64,000 nucleotides of DNA from an uncultured Actinomycetota bacterium. Its GTDB lineage: Bacteria; Actinomycetota; Actinomycetes; JAHEKZ01. A program made the translations under genes and the position numbers. The DNA lies in NCBI GenBank assembly GCA_963718235.1, contig CAVQYR010000001.1, positions 576,001 to 640,000 of the forward strand. Direction: 5' to 3'. How positions within the stretch are numbered: position 1 is the stretch's first letter; each line of letters opens with the position of its first letter. Below, in pieces: positions 56,596-64,000 of the stretch. The notes below the pieces were generated by a model. That model saw only the letters and a list, made by a program, of their open reading frames with translations, made no database searches and was not told where the DNA came from.

Positions 56596-57573
56596 TCAGC
56601 CGCCCTGAAGCCAGGCGTCGACCTTGTCCGGGTTGTCGTCGATCCACTGCTGGGCGGCGTCCTCGGGGGACATGCCGTCCTTGGCGATCATCAACGCAAC
56701 GGCGTTCTGGTCGTCGTTGGTCCAGGTGAAGTTCTCCACCAGCTGTGCGGCCGGGCCGTTCTCCTCCATGAAATCAGCCGCAGCGATCTTGTCCAGGATG
56801 TACTCGGGGTAGTCACAGGCCACGGTCGCCGGGTCGGCGTCACAGCCCTCGGTCCACACCGGCAGGTCGACCTTCACCAGCGGCACCTCGGACAGGAACC
56901 ACTGTGGCTCGTAGAAGTACCCGAGGACCCATTCCTTGTTCTGCTCGGCAGTGCGGAACGCCTGGATCAGGGCAGCCTCGCTGCCGGCGTACACGACCTC
57001 GAAGTTGAGGTCGAGGTTCTCGATGAGCGCCTCGTCGTTGGTGACGAACGAGGGGTCGCCGTCGAGCAGCTGGCCCTTGTCGCCCGACTCGGCGGTCTTG
57101 AACTTGTCCGCGTACTTGTTCAGGTTCTCCCAGTTCGTGATGTCCGGGTACTCCTCGGCCAGCCACGGCGGCACGTACCAGCCGATGACGCCGATGTTGC
57201 CGTTCGGGCCGACGTCGACCGCAGTGCCCTGCTTGTCGATGTACTTGGCCTTCAGGTCGTCGTGGCCCCAGTTCTCGATGACGACGTCGACCTCACCGGT
57301 GCCCATTCCCTGCCAGGAGACTTCTTCCTTGAGGTCCTTGTAGTTGACCGTGCAGCCGAGCTTGGTGGCGGCCACCTCACCGACCACGTAGGCAGACGCC
57401 TCGTAGCCGACCCAGGGGTTGATCGCCATGTTGAAGTCACCGCACTCGGAGGCCGCCGTGCTGCCGCCGTCCCCACCACCGCTGATGTCATCACTCCCGC
57501 ACGCCGCCACGGCCAGACTGGCTGCGGCAGCGAGCACTGCCAGACGGGCTACCCGTCGTCTTGCTCCTCGCAC
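56596..57573 (-). CDS. Glycine betaine/choline ABC substrate-binding lipoprotein (ProX/OpuAC-like)
   Basis: GTG 57573 with AAGGAG RBS; lipobox VAAC; NPWVGY, IENWG, GWYVP, YFYEPQW, CDYP, AAQQWI..N. Confidence 0.9.
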   Translation of the reverse strand: MRGARRRVARLAVLAAAASLAVAACGSDDISGGGDGGSTAASECGDFNMAINPWVGYEASAYVVGEVAATKLGCTVNYKDLKEEVSWQGMGTGEVDVVIENWGHDDLKAKYIDKQGTAVDVGPNGNIGVIGWYVPPWLAEEYPDITNWENLNKYADKFKTAESGDKGQLLDGDPSFVTNDEALIENLDLNFEVVYAGSEAALIQAFRTAEQNKEWVLGYFYEPQWFLSEVPLVKVDLPVWTEGCDADPATVACDYPEYILDKIAAADFMEENGPAAQLVENFTWTNDDQNAVALMIAKDGMSPEDAAQQWIDDNPDKVDAWLQGG

Positions 57574-57611
57574 TGTGTCTCCTTCTGTCGGGCCGCACGT
57601 CGCGGCACTGG

Positions 57612-59777
57612 TCACGCTGCCTCCACCCGTCCGTAGCGGGCTGCTGTGTGGACGGTGATCCGGTCGAGCATCACACCGAGCGCGGTGATGGCGATTCCGG
57701 CCGCCAACCCCTTTCCGAAGTCCTCGCCCTGGGAGAACCCGCTGATGACCAGGAAGCCGAGTCCGCCCCCGCCGACGAGACCGCCGATCACGACCATGGA
57801 GAGGACGAAGAGCAGTCCCTGGTTCGCGGCGAGCACGATCGAGCCTTTGGCCATGGGGAGCTGGACCTTGCCGATCATCTGCCAGCGGTTGGAGCCGGCT
57901 GCTTGGGCGGCCTCGACCGTGGTCGGTGAGACCCCTCTGATGCCGTCGGCTGAGATCTTGATGGCGACCGGTGCCGCATACAGCACGGCTGCTGCGATCG
58001 CCAGGAAGCGACCGGGGGGGAACAGTGCCAAGGCGGGGACGAGGTACACCAGCGAGGGCATCGTCTGCAGCCCGTCCAGCAGCGGCCGAACGGCGGTGTC
58101 GACCCGTCGGCTGCGGCCCATCCAGACTCCGACGACCACGCCCAGCACCATGACCAGGATCGCGGCGACGAGCGTCATGGCCAAGGTGACCATCGAGTCG
58201 TTCCAGAGGCCGGTCCCGAAGATGACGGCCAGGCAGATCGAGGTCGGAAGGAGCGCGCCACCCGCCCCTGACGCCACCGCGGCCACGACGAGCGCGGTGA
58301 TGATGCCCCAACACAACCACCAGGCGACGTCGAGCGACCCGTTGGCCCAGAGGCCGGAGCCGACGACGATGAGGGCGCACAGGACAGTCGACACCAGTCG
58401 TCGGCCCTGACTCGACGCGCCCACGCCGCCGAGGATCCCGGCGATGGCCAGGATCGTGCCTGCGACGAGCCACCACGGGGCGTTGGCCATCAGGTCCTGC
58501 AGCGGGTTGAGCAAGAAGTTCGTGACCGCGTCGCTGATCCACTTCGTGACCTGACCGAACGTGTCGGTGAACGCCTTGATGGCGTCGTTCACCCATCGCG
58601 CGATGCTGCGGCCCAGGTCACTGTCAGGGAACACCGACCAGCGAAGCTTGGTGTTCGACAGGTACACGAAGACGACGGCGACGATGCCGCCGGCGGCCAG
58701 CGTGGCGTTTCGGACGCGAGGGTTGATCCGCCGACGCGCTGTGACCTCGTAGCGCTCACCTGCGGCTACGGTCGCCCGGTCCAGCATGATCGCCATGATC
58801 ACGATGCAGGCGCCGGCGACGAACGAGACGCCCACGTTGAGCGCACCCAGTGCACGGACGATGGGGATACCCAGACCGGGCCCACCGACGAAGGCCGCGA
58901 TGATCGCCATGGACAGCGCCGCCATGATCGTCTGGTTGAGTCCGACGATGATCGTTCGGCGTGCCATCGGCAGCTGAACCTTCGACAGCAGCTGCCGCGA
59001 GGTCGACCCCAAGGCGGTGGTTGCCTCCACGGTGGTCGGCGAGACGGTGCGGAGCCCATGTGCCGAGATGCGGACCAGGGGAGGCAGCGCGTAGATCAGC
59101 GTGGCCACCACGGCGGCCGGGTTGCCGATGCCGAAGACGAGCACCAGCGGCGTCAGGTAGGCAAAGGATGGCATCGTCTGGAAGACGTCGAGCACCGGGG
59201 TCACCATCGCGGTTGCCCTCTCACTGCGCGACATCCAGATGCCCAGCGGCAGGCCGATGCCGACGCAGATCACGACGGACACCAAAGTGATGACCAGCGT
59301 GTCGATGCTCGCTTCCCAGTACCCGAGGTAGCCGAACGCCAGCATCGAGAAGAGGGTGAGCACGGCGATCCGGACGCTGGCCAGGGCGTAGGCCACCCAG
59401 ACGGCGAGGGCGACGACGCCCGCCCACCCGACCACGGCCACGGCCAGGGGACGCCCTGGGTCGGAAACGAAGAGCTTCTGCAACGTGCTGACCGTCCAGT
59501 CGATCGCGCTGCTGATCCAGTCGATCGGAAGGAAGAGGAGGTTGCCGTTGAACTTGGCCTCTTCGACGGAGTCTCTGAGGCTGTTCAGCCAGAGCTGGAA
59601 ATCGGTGAGCTCGGCCGTCGGCAGGTCCTGGGTGTTCCTGCCCTGGAGGAGCCAGCCCAGCACGACCCATACTGCGACCACTGCCGCGAGTGCGAGCCAG
59701 CGGTTGCGGTTGGTGCGGTCCGGTGGCGGTGGACTCTCGGGCTGGGGGTACTCGATCTCGGCGAGTTCGACAGCCAT
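57612..59777 (-). CDS. Glycine betaine ABC permease with two fused ProW-like domains
   Basis: Two copies of LD..QTMPS..YL.P, EAA loop and KVQLPMA. Confidence 0.92.
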   Translation of the reverse strand: MAVELAEIEYPQPESPPPPDRTNRNRWLALAAVVAVWVVLGWLLQGRNTQDLPTAELTDFQLWLNSLRDSVEEAKFNGNLLFLPIDWISSAIDWTVSTLQKLFVSDPGRPLAVAVVGWAGVVALAVWVAYALASVRIAVLTLFSMLAFGYLGYWEASIDTLVITLVSVVICVGIGLPLGIWMSRSERATAMVTPVLDVFQTMPSFAYLTPLVLVFGIGNPAAVVATLIYALPPLVRISAHGLRTVSPTTVEATTALGSTSRQLLSKVQLPMARRTIIVGLNQTIMAALSMAIIAAFVGGPGLGIPIVRALGALNVGVSFVAGACIVIMAIMLDRATVAAGERYEVTARRRINPRVRNATLAAGGIVAVVFVYLSNTKLRWSVFPDSDLGRSIARWVNDAIKAFTDTFGQVTKWISDAVTNFLLNPLQDLMANAPWWLVAGTILAIAGILGGVGASSQGRRLVSTVLCALIVVGSGLWANGSLDVAWWLCWGIITALVVAAVASGAGGALLPTSICLAVIFGTGLWNDSMVTLAMTLVAAILVMVLGVVVGVWMGRSRRVDTAVRPLLDGLQTMPSLVYLVPALALFPPGRFLAIAAAVLYAAPVAIKISADGIRGVSPTTVEAAQAAGSNRWQMIGKVQLPMAKGSIVLAANQGLLFVLSMVVIGGLVGGGGLGFLVISGFSQGEDFGKGLAAGIAITALGVMLDRITVHTAARYGRVEAA

Positions 59778-59779
59778 GA

Positions 59780-60850
59780 CTAGTGCGCTTCCTCGGCGAC
59801 GACGATCCGCAGGATGTCGTCCTGGTCCACAACCCCCAGGAGCTGGCCGCCCTCGACGACCCGCACCGGGTGCTCGGCGTCGATGACGCGGCGCGCGGCG
59901 TCTCGGACGATGGTGTCCGGTGACATCTCCGGTCCCTCCAGGGACTCGTCACCGCGCCGTTCGCGCATCACCCACCGCAACGTCAGCACGTGCGACCGGG
60001 GCACCTCGCTGACGAAGTCACGCACGTAGTCGTCCGCGGGGGCTCCCACGACTTCGGCCGGCGTACCCATCTGGATCAGTGCACCGTCTCGCATGATCAG
60101 GATCCGGTCACCCAGCTTGAGGGCCTCCTGCAGGTCATGGGTGATGAAGACCATGGTCTTGCCCACCTCGTGGTGCAGCCGGATGACCTCGTTCTGCATG
60201 TCGCGACGGATCAGCGGGTCGAGGGCGGAGAACGGCTCGTCGAAGAGCAGCACCGAGGGGTCGACCGCCAGCGCACGGGCCAGTCCGACGCGCTGCTGCA
60301 TGCCACCGGAGAGCTGGTCGGGGTAGGAGTCCTCGTTGCCGGTCAGACCGACGAGGTCGACGAGCTCCTGCGCCTTGGCCCGACGGTCGGCCTTGCCGAC
60401 CCCGCGGATCTCCAAGCCGTACGCGACGTTGTCGATGACCTTGCGGTGCGGCAGCAGCCCGAAGTGCTGGAACACCATGGAGACGTGGTGCCGACGCAAC
60501 TCCCTGAGCCGGGACTCCGACATCTTGACGACGTCCTCGTCTCCGATCAGCACCTTGCCGGAGGTCGGCTCGATCAGCCGGGTGAGGCAGCGCACGAGGG
60601 TGGACTTGCCGGAGCCGGAAAGGCCCATGACGACGAAGACCTCGCCCGGTGCGACGTCGAAGCTCACGTCGCGCACTGCTGCGGTACAGCCTGTCTTCGC
60701 CATCAGATCTGACCGACTGAGCTCGGCGTCCGGTGAGCCGACGATCTTGTCGGCCTTGGGTCCGAAGATCTTCCACAGCCCCTCGACGGTCAGGGCCGCC
60801 CCTCCAGTGGTGGTCGCCGGCAGTGCGGCGTCGTCGACAGCAACACTCAT
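59780..60850 (-). CDS. Glycine betaine/proline ABC ATP-binding protein (ProV/OpuAA-like)
   Basis: [50 protein letters not shown]-terminal CBS-like segment. Confidence 0.94.
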   Translation of the reverse strand: MSVAVDDAALPATTTGGAALTVEGLWKIFGPKADKIVGSPDAELSRSDLMAKTGCTAAVRDVSFDVAPGEVFVVMGLSGSGKSTLVRCLTRLIEPTSGKVLIGDEDVVKMSESRLRELRRHHVSMVFQHFGLLPHRKVIDNVAYGLEIRGVGKADRRAKAQELVDLVGLTGNEDSYPDQLSGGMQQRVGLARALAVDPSVLLFDEPFSALDPLIRRDMQNEVIRLHHEVGKTMVFITHDLQEALKLGDRILIMRDGALIQMGTPAEVVGAPADDYVRDFVSEVPRSHVLTLRWVMRERRGDESLEGPEMSPDTIVRDAARRVIDAEHPVRVVEGGQLLGVVDQDDILRIVVAEEAH

Positions 60851-62562
60851 GCGTGGGCTCCCTGCTGGTCGCTCTGCTGGTTTCGGTAGTCACCCGGAGG
60901 GTAGAGCGGACTGCCGTCTCGGTAGCGGTAGTACGGCGCATCCGAGGGGGGAAGTGGCGTGTTGCCGGCGATGAGGTCTGCGGCCTTCTCGGCCAGCATC
61001 ATCACCGGGGCGTAGATGTTGCCGTTGGTGACGTAGGGCATCGAGCTGGCGTCCACGACGCGCAGGCCCTCGACGCCGTGTACCTCCATCGTCGTCGGGT
61101 CGAGCACTGCGTCGTCGTCGACGCCCATCTTGGCCGTGCACGACGGGTGGAGTGCGGTCTCGGCGTCCTTGGCGACCCAGTCGAGGATCTCCTCGTCGGT
61201 CTCCACCGAGGGTCCCGGTGAGAGCTCACCGTCGTTGAACGGCGCGAACGCCTGCTGGTTGAGGATGTCCCGGGCCACGTGGATGCACTCGATCCACTCC
61301 TGGCGGTCGGTGTCGGTGGACAGGTAGTTGAACTGCAGCGCCGGGTGCTGCCTGGGGTCGGTGGACTTGAGCTTCACGGTACCGCGCGCGTCGGAGTACA
61401 TCGGTCCGATGTGCACCTGGTAGCCGTGGCCCTCGGTGGGTGAGGTGCCGTCGTACCGGATCGCGATCGGCAGGAAGTGGAACATCAGGTTCGGGTAGTC
61501 GACCTGGTCGTTGCTGCGGACGAAGCCACCGCCCTCGAAGTGGTTGGTCGCACCGAGCCCCGAGCGCAGGAACATCCACTGCGCGCCGATTCCGGGGCGC
61601 TTCCACCAGGCGAGCCCGGGGGCGATCGACACGGGCTGCTTGCTGGCGTACTGGATGTACACCTCGAGGTGGTCCTGCAGGTTGGCGCCCACGCCGGGGA
61701 GGTCGGCGACGACCGGGATCCCGAGTGCGGACAGGTCGTCGGCGTTCCCCACGCCGGACAGCTGCAGCAGCTGGGGGCTGTTGATGGCCCCGCCGCACAG
61801 GATCACCTCGCCAGCGCTCACCGACCGCAGCGACCGTCCGGCCCGCAGGTACTCGACACCGACTGCGCGCTTGCCCTCGAACAGCACCCTGGTGGCGTGG
61901 GCGAGGGTCTCGACCTTGAGGTTCTTGCGGTCCATGACCGGGTGCAGGTAGGCCCGTGCGGCGCTGAGCCGGCGTCCGCGGTGGATGTTGCGGTCGAACC
62001 GGGCGAACCCCTCCTGGCGGTATCCGTTGACGTCGTCGGTCAACGGGTAGCCGGCCTGCTGGGAGGCCTCGAAGAAGGCCCCGAACAGCGGGTTGGTCGC
62101 GGGTCCGCGCTCGAGCACCAGCGGGCCGCTGCCTCCGCGCCACTCGTCGGCGCCGGCGAGGCAGGTCTCCATGCGCTTGAAGTACGGCAGACAGTGGGCG
62201 AAGTCCCAGGTCTCCATGCCCTTGTCGGCGCCCCAGCGCTCGTAGTCCATCGGGTTGCCGCGCTGGAATATCATCCCGTTGATGCTGCTGGACCCACCGA
62301 GCACCTTGCCTCGCGCGTGGTAGACCTTGCGCCCGCCCATGAAGGGCTCCGGCTCCGACTCGTACTTCCAGTCGTACAGGCGGCTGCCGATCGGGAACGG
62401 CAGCGCTGCGGGCATGTGGATGAACGGGTCCCAGATGAAGTCCGACCGTCCGGCCTCGAGGACCAGCACGCTCGTCGCCGGGTCGGTGCTGAGCCGGTTG
62501 GCCAGGGCCGACCCGGCCGATCCGCCACCCACGATGACGATGTCGAAGTGCCGGTCACTCAT
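60847..62562 (-). CDS. betA: Choline dehydrogenase (GMC oxidoreductase)
   Basis: [53 protein letters not shown]. Confidence 0.95.
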   Translation of the reverse strand: MSDRHFDIVIVGGGSAGSALANRLSTDPATSVLVLEAGRSDFIWDPFIHMPAALPFPIGSRLYDWKYESEPEPFMGGRKVYHARGKVLGGSSSINGMIFQRGNPMDYERWGADKGMETWDFAHCLPYFKRMETCLAGADEWRGGSGPLVLERGPATNPLFGAFFEASQQAGYPLTDDVNGYRQEGFARFDRNIHRGRRLSAARAYLHPVMDRKNLKVETLAHATRVLFEGKRAVGVEYLRAGRSLRSVSAGEVILCGGAINSPQLLQLSGVGNADDLSALGIPVVADLPGVGANLQDHLEVYIQYASKQPVSIAPGLAWWKRPGIGAQWMFLRSGLGATNHFEGGGFVRSNDQVDYPNLMFHFLPIAIRYDGTSPTEGHGYQVHIGPMYSDARGTVKLKSTDPRQHPALQFNYLSTDTDRQEWIECIHVARDILNQQAFAPFNDGELSPGPSVETDEEILDWVAKDAETALHPSCTAKMGVDDDAVLDPTTMEVHGVEGLRVVDASSMPYVTNGNIYAPVMMLAEKAADLIAGNTPLPPSDAPYYRYRDGSPLYPPGDYRNQQSDQQGAHA

Positions 62563-62589
62563 CAGTCGTGCTCCCAGGGCTCGTCACGG

Positions 62590-64000
62590 TCACGACCCGA
62601 ACCAGTGCTGCGGCTGGGGCTCGAGGTTGTTCCAGATGTGCTTGGTCTCGCGGTACTCGGCCAGGCCGTGGTGTCCCAGCTCGCGCCCGAAGCCGGACTG
62701 CTTGTAGCCGCCCCACTCGGCCTGTGGCACGTACGGGTGGTAGTCGTTGATCCACACCGTCCCCGCGCGCAGGCCGGCGGCCACCCGCTGGGCCTTGGCC
62801 GCGTCGGAGGTCCAGACCGCTCCGGCCAGGCCGTACGTCGTGTCGTTGGCCAGGGCGAGGGCCTCGGCCTCGTCGGAGAAGGTCTCCACCGTGAGGACTG
62901 GGCCGAACGACTCGTCCTGCACGATGCTCATCGCCGCGGCGCACCGGTCGAAGATCGTGGGCAGGTAGTAGAAGCCGTCAGCCAGGGCCGGGTCGTCGGG
63001 ACGACGGCCACCGCAGCGCAGCACCGCGCCCTCGGCGACCCCGGCGGCGACGTACGCCTCGACCTTGCCCAGGTGGGCAGCCGAGACCAACGGACCTGTC
63101 TCCGCCTTCTCGTCGAACGGGCCACCGAGCCGGATTGCTGACGTTCGCCGGACCAGCTCGTCGACGAAGTCGTCGTGGATCGACTCCTCGACCAGCAGCC
63201 GCGCCCCGGCCGAGCACACCTGGCCGGAGTGCAGGAACACCGCCGTCAGCGCGAAGTCGAGGGCCGCCTCACGGTCGGCGTCGGCGAACACGATGTTCGG
63301 GTTCTTGCCGCCCAGCTCGAGGGCGACCTTCTTCACCGTCGCCGCGGCCTCGACCATGATGTGGCGCCCCGTCGCGAGCCCGCCGGTGAACGAGACGAGG
63401 TCGACGCGGGGGTCGCTGGACAACGGTGCGCCGGCGGCCGGCCCGGCTCCGAGCACAAGGTTGGCCACGCCGGACGGGAGCCCGGCGTCGGCCAGCTCAC
63501 GCATCAAGAGGATCGCGGTGGACGGGGTGAGCTCGCTGGGCTTCAGGACGAACGTGTTGCCTGCCGCGAGCGCGGGTGCGACCTTCCACGAGGTCTGGAG
63601 CAGGGGGTAGTTCCACGGCGTGATCAGCCCACAGACCCCCACGGGTTCGTTCACGACCCGGCTGTCGACCTCGGGGCGGTCGACCTCGACCTGCCGGGTG
63701 CTCTCTTCGGCCGCGAGGCGGGCGTAGTAGCGAAAGACCGCGATGACGTCGTCGAGGTCGTACTCGGCCTCGACGTAACGCTTGCCGGTGTCCATCGCCT
63801 CGGCGCGGGCGAACTCGGCCTTGTGCGCCACCAGCCGGTCGGCCACCGCGCTGAGCAGCGCCCCTCGCTCGACACCGGAGGTGGAGGGCCACGGACCGTG
63901 GTCGAAGGCCGCTCGGGCGGCCGCGATCGCCGCCTGGGTGTCCTCGGCGGTCGCCTCGTCGACCTCGGTGACGAACGACCCGTCTGCGGGGCAGGTGATC
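62590..64000 (-). CDS. betB: Betaine-aldehyde dehydrogenase-like ALDH (5' end outside window)
   Basis: ITPWNYP, KPSE, FTGG, LELGGKNP, GQVCSAG, ESFGPV, WGGYKQSG.GRE; frame open to window edge; upstream of betA. Confidence 0.88.
   Translation of the reverse strand, partial: ITCPADGSFVTEVDEATAEDTQAAIAAARAAFDHGPWPSTSGVERGALLSAVADRLVAHKAEFARAEAMDTGKRYVEAEYDLDDVIAVFRYYARLAAEESTRQVEVDRPEVDSRVVNEPVGVCGLITPWNYPLLQTSWKVAPALAAGNTFVLKPSELTPSTAILLMRELADAGLPSGVANLVLGAGPAAGAPLSSDPRVDLVSFTGGLATGRHIMVEAAATVKKVALELGGKNPNIVFADADREAALDFALTAVFLHSGQVCSAGARLLVEESIHDDFVDELVRRTSAIRLGGPFDEKAETGPLVSAAHLGKVEAYVAAGVAEGAVLRCGGRRPDDPALADGFYYLPTIFDRCAAAMSIVQDESFGPVLTVETFSDEAEALALANDTTYGLAGAVWTSDAAKAQRVAAGLRAGTVWINDYHPYVPQAEWGGYKQSGFGRELGHHGLAEYRETKHIWNNLEPQPQHWFGS

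Overview
High-GC actinobacterial chromosomal segment with two parts. (1) 1-42931 is a largely conserved Actinomycetia backbone: disA (partial), radA, Cys-rich hypothetical/ppx pair, proline dehydrogenase-proC, Trk K+ uptake, MacAB-like ABC exporter, AcuC-like deacetylase, HTH_17 protein, bS22, epimerase/acyltransferase, HAD, the Rex-controlled rex-hemACDB-hemL-ccdA-resB-ccsB heme/cytochrome c cluster (interrupted by a RHH/Doc toxin-antitoxin pair), Lrp, TetR-MFS and menA-menE/menB-menC-menD. (2) 42953-64000 is a ~21 kb quaternary-amine catabolic cluster: betB-betA-ABC transporter, a non-pyrrolysine MttB-family methyltransferase, stand-alone corrinoid protein, MetV-MetF, corrinoid:THF methyltransferase, ATP-dependent corrinoid reactivator, DUF1638-like protein, and a dimethylglycine oxidase/dehydrogenase-family flavoprotein with its own EtfBA, plus IclR and GntR regulators. 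This 'anaerobe-style' B12-dependent demethylation system in an organism with respiratory cytochrome c machinery is the most interesting item. Also seen: a cNMP-binding gene bracketed by 56-bp inverted repeats, a 40-aa sORF divergent from lrp, a frameshifted DUF805 gene, many leaderless-type promoters and several operators. No rRNA, tRNA, CRISPR or transposase was recognised. All calls are from motif recognition by eye; no searches were run.
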